NCBI RefSeq assembly: GCF_016432865.1
Contig: NC_067404.1
Span: 56,358,001-56,422,000 of the forward strand
DNA length: 64,000 bases
Source of the DNA: Antechinus flavipes
Taxonomy: Eukaryota
Reading direction: 5' to 3'
The notes under the pieces were generated by a model. The model ran no database searches. It had not been told where the DNA came from and saw only the letters and a program-made list of their open reading frames with translations. The position numbers and the translations under genes were made by a program. Below, piece after piece: positions 15,426 through 28,679 of this stretch (positions are counted from its first letter, which is position 1; each line of letters begins with the position of its first letter).

Positions 15426-15596
15426 AGACCTGCTTAAACTTTTTCCATTTGAGATCCCATTTGGCCCAAGAAATTTTTGCATGACCCTACGTATATAATT
15501 ACATAAAATAGGTATACAGATCAAACATTTGCTGATAATAAATCATAATTTCATGACCCCAATATTGTTATGTGACCCACAATTTAATAAGCTTTG
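15426..15596. mobile_element. Old hAT-like MITE
   Basis: hAT-type ends (cagacctgcttaaact...cacaatttaataagctttg); 31-bp core at 15522-15552 shared (30/31) with 52806-52836; another remnant near 4790-4857. Confidence 0.5.
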
Positions 15597-18500
15597 ATGT
15601 AGACGATCAATTAATCAACAAATATACCTTAAGTGCCTTCTATGTACCTGCCTTCAGAGAGCTGGAAAGGACCTAAGAGACCCTCTAGTCTCATTTTAGA
15701 GAAGAAATTGAGGAAACTGAGGAAGTTGTGATTTGCCCACAGTCATGGAGGTAATAGGTATCCTAGGGAGAAGAATTTGAACCCGGTCCCTGGGGCTTGA
15801 GGCACAGTGTTTTCCTCCTGGATCGTACCATGTTTCTCAGTCACATCACCATTTGATTGGTGGTGTTTTTCACTAGTATCCGCTAGCCACGTGCCATTGT
15901 TGTCATGTTTGGGCAGAAAATGTTATGAGACTTAAAGCAGTAACCCTAACACCAGTGATTCACATTTATCTGGGGCTTTTACCAATCTTGCCTCATTTGA
16001 GCCTCATGGGCCTCTCTAGGGGATGAGTAGGTTGCAAAAATATTGCCATCACCACCGAAAGAGTACTAAGTAGAAAATGCAGTTCCGAGAAGGGCAGTGA
16101 TCTGCCTGAAGACACAGAGCTAGCAAGTGTTAGTGAGGACCCTTCTCTGCTTTCCTCACTACATATTCAGAAGGCGGGAGTCAGGGTGGGAGGACTTAAG
16201 GGGCCTTAAGTTTTAGGCAGCTTTATTTAATGCCAGCTAATGGCCTACAGACAAACATTAGAACAGCTACTGATCTCAGATCCTATCACTCCAGGGCCTC
16301 TCCCTATGGGTTTCCGTCACACACAGTCTTGATTTTCGGCTGCAGCTAAAAAAGTGTCCAATTAGCAGCAGAGCTGCATTTTATGCTCTCTTGTGAGCAC
16401 ATGCTCCATGGAGTTCTCACTGAGGAAGCAGAAGGTTCTATATGTTTGCCTTTTAAATAAATGACTCTAAATGTGTATCAGGTTCAAAAGTAATTCCAGG
16501 CAAATGTGTTATCTCCTGAAAGCCACAGTCTTTGGAAATTCAGTGTGGAAATTTGTGAAGGTTACCCAGATTCCACCAGCTCCCATGCTCTCCCATATCA
16601 AACCAAAGGGCACAGCCCTGTATTTTGAGCATATAGTAAGATCCCATTTATCCAGGGATTTCTGGCAACCTCAAACAACAGGAATACAACCAAGAACTAG
16701 GGTATCTAAAAGGGCTTCTGACATGCTGGGTGAATTGGTTTAAAAAAAAAAAAACAAGTAGAACCTCCCTAACATGAAGTAATAAGAGTGACAGGAGTCA
16801 GCAGATGCAAGTTCAAATCTCCACATGACCCGTTATGTGTTCTACCCTGTGTCATGTCACCAAGCTGGACTTCAGTTTCCATAACGAAATAAATGAGTAG
16901 GATGTATAGATTGAATTAGATGGTCTCTATGGTCCCTAAGATTTCTTACATGGAACTGGGAAACTGAACTCTACTCTAAGAGACTATGTTCCTATGAGCA
17001 AAGTCTAGGGCAGGACCCAGAAATGAGAGAGTAAGCATTCATCACAAAGCTGGGGTCCAAATTCAGAATAAGAGTCAGGTTTGGAGTGTCAATTTAATAG
17101 CAGCTCAGAACAGGTCAACAGGTCAGCAGGTGAGACTGGCTGCTTCTTTTTAGAGACCTGGTCCATTGTTTGGCTCTTGTGGAGGGGGGAGTGGCTGCTT
17201 GTTCTGGACACCGAACAATTGTTCGGTAGTCAATTATTGCCATTTAGCCCCTGAGCGTGGCCTTTTTATCATCCCCCTCCACTCTTTCAGGACCGACTTC
17301 GCGAAGTTGGGCCTTAACTGTTAAACTCCATAAAGATGACTACCGTCTAGTAGGAATCAAAGATTTTCCTGATGATTCCTAAAGCTTAGCAAAAATTGAT
17401 AACAGCACCATTTCCTTCTTCATCTTTGTCATTTCTGGCAAAGCAAAATTGCTGACAGAAAATAAGTCTGTCTCAGACTTTTTCATATGCTTTTCTGTGA
17501 CTGTCAGCACTATCGTGCCTTTATGTCACTGGCGGTGATTGGATTACAGATGAGGAAAGTGGAACCTGCCCAAGGAAGTCCCATACCCAAGAGGGCAGAG
17601 AAGTGAGCAAAGCACAAGGGATAGAGAGAGCAATCTAATCCCTTGTCTGCCTCTCAGACCAAACTATCTCACCAGTAATTGACAGAAGATAGTTCGGCAA
17701 CAGGAACACGGATGCCTGGATGGCTAGCGTCTGGCCCTCAGATTGGTTACTTTAAAATGAAGGGATTAGACTAAGTGGCCTTCAAGGTTTCCTTCTAGCT
17801 CTGAATCAATGATCCTGCTCAGGAGGTTGTCCAGCCCTGATCTAACCTACTTCAGAAACCTTCTAGAAAAGGACATTCTACAATGTCCAGTGGTAATGTT
17901 CCAACATCCCATAATCCTTGTGCTTGGCAAGAGCTCCCTAAACACAAACCTCAATCCCTCCTGCTTCCTCTTGGGTCCCTTCCCTCTCTTCTTAGTGCAG
18001 ATGGGAACATTTTTTCATCAACTTTCATATGCCTAAAACTGAAAAAGTTCTCAAAAGTTTTCCCCCTTCCCCTCCGCCTTCAGAAAAAGGTTGCCTTTTT
18101 TTCCGAGCCGAGGAGCCCAGACGTTGTCTCCGAGTCCGAGACCACCATGCCAAGCTCCTTCTAATGTATCCCACAGATGAATGTATCCCACAGTTGCTAA
18201 TGCCACTCTTTCCAAAGCATCCCACGATTAACTTTTAGAGCCAAAACTAAGATGTGGACATCACAGTAAATATTTACATCTGTTTCAACCTAGCTGTGGA
18301 AGACTTTCCTTTAAACTTGACCATGAAACTCATTTTTCTTCCCCATCACGATGGGACTTTCTCAAATTATTGGTGAAGCTTCCCAGTCCAGCCTGTTTTG
18401 TGTTTTTTCAGATGCTCTTTTCAATCCCTGTCCTTCTTCCAGGAAAGTGGCAAATCCAAACACTATTCAGGGTGTACTGATGGAGCTTAGTTTTAATATT

Positions 18501-18692
18501 CATGGTAAGCGTTCAGCCAAGCCAACCATAGATTTATTACAGTACTGCTGGGGCTCCTTCCAATGTAAACATCAGCAGAAGCCTCTTTCCCAGTGTTCCT
18601 GGAGCAGGCCCCATGTTCAACTTTCCCATGCTGGAGCTTCAATCTGTTCTCCATTGTGGCTTTCATATCTGCTTTCCAAGGGAAGGCAATAA

Positions 18693-18926
<234 letters not shown>

Positions 18927-21114
18927 TAAGCGGTGGTCTTTTCAGGGGCTGAGAGCAAAGATGGAAAGGTTCTCCCCAATGCCACTGTGCTATGTGAATG
19001 TATGAAAGCAAGGAGATGTGGAGAGTACTGCTCCCAGGTGCTTTGGGCCAATCTTGGGTTTGGGCAGGCTTTCTATCTGGCCGATCCCCGAGGTGTCTCT
19101 CGCTACTTTCTGATCCTCACCACCTCCAGAGTGAATAGGACAAAGAAATGCGGTCCCAGAAACAGCAGCTCCCAATCAAGGCACCTTCCCAAATGGACAC
19201 CCAGTTGGCTGAAGGACAACTGACTCCCCTTTGATTTGGGCTGGTGGTGGGTGGTAGCTACTTGGCAATGAATGGAAAGGAGTGCTGCTGACCTTCTCCA
19301 GCCAATGTGTGCTCATTTCTCTTCCCACAGCCTCCATTTCAAAAATCACCCCTTTCAATGAGTAGGTATTTATAGTCCTTCCTAACAGGTTTTTCTATGT
19401 CAGAAGCATCAGGGAGGAGAGGCTTAATGGTTTTCCTCCTGTGGTCTCAATAGACCCTAACTTAAGCACTCAAATGACTTCCTGCCATTTTTATCCCTGC
19501 TGAAAAGGCTTCTGGAGCCTTAGTTTTCTCTTTCTTTTCCCAGCTCTTAAGCAGCTGCCTTTTAATTCCACCTCTTAAGGAGTTGCCTTTAGCTGGGTGA
19601 ATAATGTACCTTATCTAGAGGGGAGAGACACACCTTGCTTTGTCTCGCTAATCTGGCTACCTGGCCTTTTTCCTCCCTGGAATGTGGGAAACCCCTCCTC
19701 TCCACCCTTCCTTCCTCATCCTTTGTCTGGGGCTGCCCTTAGCTAGGACTTCCCAAAGGGATGATGGACACAGGGGCATCGAGATTAATACTCTTGTATT
19801 TACTAGGACAGAAAGGCCTCGGTATGGAGGCCATTCCATCGCAGGCTGCTATTTTGCACCATTCATTTCCAAAGAGGAAATGATTCTGAAGTCTGAGGAC
19901 ATTTGGGGGGCCATTTCCTGTAGCAAAGACTGCTTGATTCTTCATCAGAGCCATAGCTAGGAATCTGGACACTTGAGAAGAAATCGGGGGGAGAGGAGGG
20001 CTGGGGAAAAACCTCAGATTTCAGAACACAGGGCCACAGGGGTGGAGAGGCAGAAAATCTGGAACGCTGCTGCTGTTCCAGTGGCCGAGGCCACTGGAGA
20101 AGGGAGCACTGCAAGGCTGGAAAAGTGCACTAGAAAGTGGGGCCAGCCTTGGGATCGGGATCCAACCTCAGGTAGCTCCCCCTACATCACTGATGATCCC
20201 AGGTCCTCCCATGAAAAGTATGGTATGGGACCATCTTGATCAGTTGCAGATATGGTAGAGAGGGAGCGAGCCATCCCCACAAAGAGGCTGAATTTCCTCC
20301 CACAGGATGGCCAAAGAGCCCAGCCCTGAGAAAAAGGTCAAGGGGAAGAGTCAGAAGGAACGATGGTAGTGGGGAAAGGTGGGTCTTAGGAAAGGGGCAC
20401 CTCAGAAATGAGGCTCAGAAGGTTAGAGACCTGGGCCCAGACAAGAGAAGTGAAAGAGGAGTGACTGTGACTGTTGAGGACCAACACTTAGGTCTGAAGC
20501 ACGCTCCTTTCCCTAAAATTGGCACTCAGGAACAATGCCCTAGTCTCTATGGGTGACTATCTACCCTGAGCTAGGGCCTTTCCTATCAGTAACTCAACTC
20601 TTGGGATCAGCATACAAAATGGACCCTCCTCCTACTGAATTCTTATATTCCTGCTAAACATCCTTAGAGAAAGGTAGACGTCGGTAGCTAAGATAGCACA
20701 TGGCCCACCTCGGGAGTACCCCAGGTCCTCTGAGCCAAAGGGCCGACCTCGGATGCAAACTGTAACTGTGGCTGACTTGGGAAGTAGCTTATATTCATGG
20801 AGGGGTGACCAACTATGAAAAGCCAGTGCTCATCAGTCCTCCCCCAAAGAGTATTCCCAACTGCTGACTCCTCTGCTCCAAGTACTAAGCTCTGATGCCT
20901 CTGCCTAGATGAACTGGGAGGGGGGGGTCCCTTCTAGCACTAAACTGGGCCCTTCTGATACTTTTCTCACAACACTCTGAGGCACCATCACGTGGATGGT
21001 GACCTGGAAGACCAAGAAGAGAAGCAGCTCACCTGGAATCGGAGAGCAGCTGGAGGGAGCCAAGGCCGGCGCTGTCTCCAAAGCAACCTGCTGAATTTAT
21101 TTATCTCTTTCCAG

Positions 21115-21169
21115 AGCGACTTGTGGTCCCTTGGAATCACCGCCATGGAAATGGCCGAGGGCGCTCCGC
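21115..21169 (+). CDS. NRK: Kinase exon (alphaF): SDLWSLGITAMEMAEGAP
   Basis: ctttccag acceptor, C|gtgagt donor, 55 nt, phase 0-1. Confidence 0.97.
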
Positions 21170-24100
21170 GTGAGTAACTGTTTGGTCTTTGGTGAGACAC
21201 GGGTGAGGGAGTTGCATATGCCCCTTCGGAGCTTCCACTAGTGGCCTCGTAGATGCCGCACTCGGAGCAAAGTGCCTGGCAGATATTCCGCAGGGCCACG
21301 CGGGTGCCCCAGACTACTCTGAATCAGGATGTCTGTGGACAAACCCCTGCCGAGAGCAGCATGCCGTTCGCTCTCACAAACTACTCTAGCAGGCTGACCA
21401 AATGTTCCTTCAGCTTGGTTTCCTGGTAATAGCTTTTGACAGTACTGAGTCACCAGGAGCCCAGTGGAGTCCTAAGCCACGTGGACTAATGGTGAAGTTA
21501 GGCTTCTGAGCCGTAAGGAGGCAGTCCTTGCGGCAACTCCTCCAAGGCCTGGCTGGCTTCTGGGAGCCTGAGAGCCTAAATGACCTGGCCCAAAGGCAGG
21601 ACCAGAAGAAAAGCTCACATTCTGTTCCATCCCCTTTTTAAAACCACAAGCTCTTTTTCTTCATCAGCTCAAGATTTCTTTTTATATATGAAATAAACTT
21701 AGGTGAACTCCAGCCCCTTTTTCCTTTGAATTTTGACAACAGAGTCAATATTGTCTGCTACCTGGGCCTTCATTTGGGTGGTAGGGCATTGACTTGTTCA
21801 TGAAGCATGGCTGCTAGGCAGCTAAGCGGCACGGCAGTGGGTAGAATTTGGGGCCTAGGTTCAGAAAGACTCATCTTCAAGAGTTAAAAAATTTGGCTTC
21901 AGATAATTACTAGCTGTGCGACCCTGGGCAAGTCACTTCCCTCTATTTGCCTCAGTTTCCTCCTCTGTAAAATGTACTGGAGAAGGAAAGTGTACCTCTC
22001 CAGAATCTTTGCCAAGAAAACCCCGAATGAGATCAAGGAGAGTTGGACATGACTGAAAAATGACTCAACAACAATAAAAAATTTAATCCCAATTGCCTCA
22101 AAACAAAGAAGCATGGCTACTTCAAAGTTTGTGACTTTATTCTGTCTTTTTTCTGCTCCTAATTTGTTTCTGGAACCCTTGCACCACATTGGCACTTCTT
22201 ACAGTTTCCAATTTGCTTTCACTGGGATTATCCCATGACTTTTGCCTCGATGCCTCATCTTCAGCATGGCAACCAGGAAAGCCACAGATTTTGCCCTTTG
22301 AGCGGAGTTTTTGTGGTATACCATTGCTCACCCACAGGGAGCTGCTGTGTGGAACCAAGCAGACCTCAGCCTCAGCCAGGGCATGCCCCTAGCTAAAGAG
22401 AGGGCAGAAGAGAACAAGGTCATTCTGTAGCCTATTCCGTGAGGGACCCGGATGCCCACCAAGAGGACCACGACCCTGACCAGCAAGGCTCAGGGCTGTC
22501 CCCAAAAGCCACTTGTAGAGAATGATTCCTTTGTGTTGAAGTTTTCTTTCTAAGAGTCTATTAAAATGTAAATTCCCTTAGAGAGGTTAACTAGTCAAAT
22601 TAATAACAATAATGATAATAATCACATCGTTATGATGACTATACCTGTGATGTCATTGATATAGCAGCTTCTGAGTACTTGAAAACAAGCTCCTTCTACT
22701 TGTGTAGGTTAGCACCTTCTCTGCAACTTAAGAGTCTTGGGACAGTTGCCTAGAACACTGAGTAACTTGAATGACTTTCCTAGGGACATATAGCCAGCTT
22801 TTGTCAGAGACACGACTCGAACTTTGGTTTTCTTGGCTCTCTGTGTACCACATGACATTGCCTAGAATCATAATCACAGTAGTTTAAGTCCTTTGAAGAC
22901 TTGATCTTATTTCATCTTCACAGTGATCTTGTGAGAGAGGTGCTATTATCATCTCCACTTACAGGTGAGAAAACTGAGGCAAACAGGTTAATTGACTTGT
23001 CCAGGATGCTGCAGCCAACAGGCATCTGAGGCAGGATTTGAACTCAGGACTCTGTAATTCTGCTCAGCACTTTGAACCGTTGTATCCTCTTGGCTGTCGC
23101 CTTATGGGCAGTTGTTTTCCAGAATGATAGCGACATCTGGTAAACTGGAATGTGGAGTCACCAGAGAATGGATATAGCAGACAACAGGAATATTCAAAAT
23201 AAGCAAAAGAAGGGTTAGAGCCCTGAGGTCAAAGGTGGGCTGATCATGTGAGAAGGAGAGATGAGTACCACATATTGTCCATGTCCAACGTAGATTCACA
23301 GATTTGGAGCTGGAAGCCTTTGAAGTCATCTTCATTCTGTAAATAAGCCAAAGGGGACCTAAAGAAGGAAAGAGACTTGTCCAAAGTATTCCATATAATC
23401 ACAATTGGGTAGCCGAGAGGATGCTTCGGAGCCATCTTTTAGGCTTTCATTTGTGGCAGGGCACCAACTAGCTTATGGAGCATGGCTGCTGGGCAATTAG
23501 GTGGCAGTGCATCAGTCCAACCTCATTTTACTAAGAAGGAAACTGAATCCAAGGGAGGGAAAATGATTCGTTCAAGATTGCCCAGGATCAGAAGAGCTGG
23601 AATACACTTCCGAAGTCATCCAGTCTAGTCCCTCTAACTTTACAGAAAAACAAACTAAGGCCCAGAAAGGGAAAGTGACACCCAAGGTAGCAGTCGGTCA
23701 CTGACCGAACATCAGGCATTAAGGATTGTGAGCTTTTGAGCCTTGGCCTAACTCTGCCTTCAGTTTGAGATGGGTCCCTTCCTTCTGTCAGTGTATATAT
23801 GTAAGTAAGAGGACAAAATTTGCCCCCTGACCTGCTCCATTCATTTAGTATTAGCTGGATAAGTACAGGGCTTGCTTCTGCCTGCCTGTCTGGGAAAGGC
23901 CCATGAAACTTTCCTGTTCCTCTCGAGATGTGTTTGGGGGAGAGGGAAGATTGGAAGGGACCATCCCTAGCAAACGGTCTTAACATTGAAAGGAATTCAA
24001 AGGCCCTTGGGAAGAGAGTAGGCAGGCTCTCTGTGCAAGGGCCTTTTGCCTTGTCAGCTTTCTTTGACCAAAGCTCAAGAGGAAATAAGTGGGGTGAGAC

Positions 24101-24775
24101 ACATATTTTAATGCTTACAGACAAACCCAACATTCTCAAACCAGTGAGGTAATGAGCTTGGGAAGCTCAGATCAAGTTGTTGGTTTGTTGGGGGTTTTTT
24201 CACATTTATAAAAACAAAAATGAAGCCTAATAATTAGACTCAGAATCCGAAATATCAAAGGTAGCTGAAGTATACTGTACCTAGGAAGTGCAGCCCCCCC
24301 CCCCCCAAACCATTTTCCTGTGGTTTTTGAGAATGCTAGTCTTCTTTCTTTTGTTTATTGTTGTGTAGAGTGAGCTGGGAGCCTGGATGACTTGTCCAAC
24401 TTATAATTACTTCTCCCAGCTGGAGATCCCTGCCAAACAAAAACACAAGCGGAAGCCCACCCTTGCCTCAGAATTTGATTTCCACATTTAGGTGCAATTC
24501 GCCTATCATGCTTCACCGCGGAGAAGTTGTGCAGTGTCCAATTTACCATTGATTTGTCGATTGTATTTTTATACACCTGGAGAGGATGAAGCTTTAGAAT
24601 CTCTTGGGACTGTGCTGATTATGTTCAAATGAGTCTTTAATTATATTCTCTTAGTTATGAGAAGAAAATGCCTAGTTACTACTACATGGCATGTTTTTAA
24701 GCAGAGCAAAATGTATCATCGATAGGCAAGGGCCGGTATGCTATATAGGCAGCTTTGTTTCAGTGCTTCTAATGA

Positions 24776-24874
<99 letters not shown>

Positions 24875-25499
24875 TAAGATTAGACATCTTAATCTGTCTC
24901 ATGATTTGGCTCAGCCCTTCCCCATAACAATATAACAATAACAATAAATGTTTATTGACTGACTGACCGTCTAGCCAAGGAGAAAATTCTGTCCATTTGG
25001 GCAATTAGTCTCATTTCCCTATTGCTATTAGCTTGTGTCTTAGCTAAAAGGTCCAACTCGCCAGTTGGTGTTGAGTTGGCCAACTAGTAATAATATTCAG
25101 CCCCTCAGTATGTTACGATCACTACATTACTGCATAACATCAGCAGGTACTTTTTTTTCCACCCTCATTTCTGGGTATCATCTTCTTCTTTTACTCCCTT
25201 CCTTCCCTCCCCCCCCCAAAAAAAATGGAACCTGGTGGAAACAGATGAGATGGCCAACTGGAGTTAGAGGTATAGTCATTGGCTGTGGAACAGAAACATC
25301 TCCCTAATCCACATAGGGATGGAAACCCTAAATTTGGCCTCATTTGCAATCAGAAGGGAGCTTATCAGGACTGGTACTAGAGCTCTCCCAGAGAAAACAG
25401 TACCAATGATTTAATGATTGGTTTTCTTCCTTTTGAATCATTGTTACTCTTCCCATAGATTTGATTTCTCTCTGAATGAGCTAGCTACAAGACTCATTT

Positions 25500-25812
25500 C
25501 CCTTTTAAAAATTTATTTGTTTTTAACATTCATTTAAAAATTTTGAATTCCAAATTCTCTCCCTCTCTCCCACCCTCCCCCCACTCATTGAGAAGGCAAG
25601 TGATATATCCATTATACATGTGAAATCATGCAAAACATTTCAGTATTAGCCATGATTAAAAAATAAACAGCAAGAAAAATAAAGTGAAAAGGTTACGTTT
25701 CAGTTTTCACTCAGAGTTCAGAAGCCACATCTCTGGAGGTGGATGACCTTTCTTCAGCATGAGTCCTTCATAATTGTCTTGGATCATTGTATGGATCAGA
25801 GTAGCTAAATCT
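25500..25812 (-). mobile_element. L1 3' end fragment
   Basis: marsupial L1 3' UTR pattern; related fragments at about 35450-35810 and 63560-64000. Confidence 0.7.
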
Positions 25813-26265
25813 ATAAGACCTGATTCTTAACCTTGATTATAAGCAGCCTTATGACCCTTCTTGTGAGCACAGGAAGCTCTAGTGCCTCCGTTATCCTCTC
25901 TTTGGAACATACAGTTTAGGGTCTGTACCTTAAAAGTATAGTGTAATAATTTAATCAAATCCATGTTGACAGTCAAACAGGATCCCTCAAAGCGAAAGAG
26001 TAAATTCACTGTGCTCTGAACTGTCTAGTGGGGCTGCCTATATAGATTTGATTAACCAGACTATTTCCAACTCTCTTCTTTATACTGTGGAGACAAAGCA
26101 ACCAGCTTGTTTGCTTTGAAAATGTCACTGGGCCTTGCCACTCTTCCTGAGAAGCTCAATGGTGTTGTTGACCCTTAGCCATTAGGCCACACAGCAATTT
26201 AAGTTAGGAAATATAAGACTTGGGAGCTCCTTTCAAAAACCTGTCATACATATCCTTCTGTTTGA

Positions 26266-26484
<219 letters not shown>

Positions 26485-27853
26485 TAATTAAATGGGTACT
26501 CAGCGGCAATGGATGATTCACGTATCTGTCGCCTTTGATGAAAAGCAACAATGTTCACATTAAAGAAGATGAAAGAGAGAAAAACTATGGTTATCTCAAG
26601 TATCATTGAATAAGAATTTGAGCACAACACCAAATTGTAGTATTTATATTTTTACATTTATAGAATAGAATTGTAGAGCTGGAAAAGACCTCAGAAACCA
26701 TCAAAGGTCCAACCTACATACATCCCCTCGTTTTTCAAAGGGGGGAACTGAGTTCTAAAAAGAGGAAGGGACTTGCCTAAAATTACATAATGGAACCCAA
26801 TTGGCAGGAAAGAAAGAAGAGGCTTACATTAAGTGCAGTTAGGATCTCAACGGGGACAGAGCAGGATCCAAGGACATTGGAGGGACCCAGTGTAAGGTGG
26901 GGGGAGAGAATAGAGTCTTGGAGCTGCCTCTCCCTCTAACTCTCTTTGGCCAAAAAAAGAGGCACACAATTCATTTTACAATGTAAAAAAATAGATTTGA
27001 GGACTCCAAGTAAATGCAGACTTTAAGATACAGTTTGTAGAAACACTTCTAATAGAAGGTACCATTCATTCATTCAACAAATATTTACTGAGAGCTGACC
27101 GTTACATTAGTTGGCACAAACTCCAAATTCTCTTCCTTCCTTAAGTCAAAGAAGGTTAGTCTGAAGGGAATTGCTGCCCAGACAGGAGAGTGATTAACTG
27201 GAAGCCACTAGACTAACTGAGCCTGCCCCTGGGCCCAATGGTGAGGGAAGCTCTTTGGTCTGCCCTTTAACATTCTGATGTGGGTCTCCCCAATGTTAGT
27301 CAACGGAAGGCTAAGCTCTTCCTCCGAGAGCTGAGGATGCTGGCCCCAAGCAGGAAAGAAATTATTTCTCCAATGCTAGAAGAGCACAGGACTCCCAATC
27401 AATACTACATCTGGGGTCCTGGAAATTACCTCCCCCTCCTTTGAACCTGGTTTGTAGGCCTAGAAAGAGCAAATGAATTTGATTTCAAAAGAGCTGTGTT
27501 CAGGTCCTAACTGTTTGACCTGCTTCCTGTTTTTGTGGCTTTGGGCAAGTTTTCCCTCTGAATTTTGCTCCCTCATACATAAAAATGAGGTTATTAGAAG
27601 GCAAGTGATTTCAAAGATGCCCTCCATCTCCCACATCCTCTAATCATTAGATTTGCTGGATGAAGCCATACTTTGGATGTGAATCATTAAATTAATTAAT
27701 CATTAAATAAATAAATATAATATTATTAAAATGATAATAATAAAAATAATAAATAAATAAATAATGGATTAAAAGCTATACTTCATCCATCCTGGATGAA
27801 GGAACATACTTCCCTCCCCCCCAAACCCATTGACACCTTTTCTCTCTTTTCAG

Positions 27854-27950
27854 ATGAAACTGAATATGAATACAGTGGAAGTGAAGGTGAAGAGGAGGAA
27901 GAAGAAGAGGAAGAGGAAGAAGAGTTAAATGAAGACCAAGGAGAGCCCAG
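27854..27950 (+). CDS. NRK: Acidic exon: (D)ETEYEYSGSEGEEEEEEEEEEEELNEDQGEP(S)
   Basis: ttttcag acceptor, AG|gtgagc donor, 97 nt, phase 1-2; family ETEYEYSGSE and GEPS motifs; 12-Glu run. Confidence 0.95.
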
Positions 27951-28079
27951 GTGAGCTTGACCACTCAAATACTGCATGGGATAATTCTGTGTGTAGAACT
28001 TCCTAAGCAGCAGTGGGTCTAGGCCTAGGAGTGAGCAAACCGCAGCCCTCAGAGTTAGTAGGACAGTTAGCAGTCACTT

Positions 28080-28137
28080 CTTTCTTTTTTTTCTGAGGCA
28101 ATTGGGGTTAAGTGATTTGCTCAGGGCCACACAGCTA
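28080..28137 (-). mobile_element. 5'-truncated WSINE1-type SINE with TSD
   Basis: T tail then gaggcaattggggttaagtga...cacagcta, flanked by agcagtcactt at 28069-28079 and 28138-28148. Confidence 0.8.
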
Positions 28138-28355
28138 AGCAGTCACTTTCTTTACATAATCTTTGAGGAGGGTACTCCCTTACTCCTTAAGTAAGATGGC
28201 AAAGGAATATGGAAGAATAAGATCTCTCCAATGAAAGATGATTGGGGATCAGCAATCAAGAGCATGAACTAGGAAATTCTGACATTTCTAGAGATAGTTT
28301 TAGCTTGGTTGCTGCAGAGGAATATCCCCTAAAAGACCCGATCATGCTCAGTTTT

Positions 28356-28617
28356 TTTTTTTTTTTTTTGTTTGTTTGTTTGTTTGTTTGTTTTTTTAAA
28401 TTTAAATTTTATTTTATTTAATAATAACTTTGTATTGACAGAATCCATGCCAGGGTAATTTTTTACAACATTATCCCTTGCACTCGCTTTTGTTTCGTTT
28501 TTCCCCTCCCTCCCTCCACCCCCCCCCTCAAGATGGCAAGCAGTCCTATATATGTTAAATATGTTGCAGTATATCCTAGATACAATACATATTTGCAGAA
28601 CCGAACAGTTCTCCTGT
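28356..28617 (-). mobile_element. Young 5'-truncated L1 with 14-bp TSD
   Basis: TSD tcatgctcagtttt at 28342-28355 and 28618-28631; T/GTTT tail; TT|AAAA endonuclease site on the minus strand. Confidence 0.9.
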
Positions 28618-28679
28618 TCATGCTCAGTTTTAATTATATGAGTGTTCCATTACTCATTGGGCTATGTCTTCTCCTTTAG

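Noticed and set aside
19657-24152. Many overlapping 60-180-aa ORFs in GC-richer intron and SINE sequence
   Set aside because: No recognisable homology or splice context; expected by chance
27776-27977. Minus-strand poly-Ser and Leu/Pro ORFs
   Set aside because: Antisense reading of the poly-Glu exon
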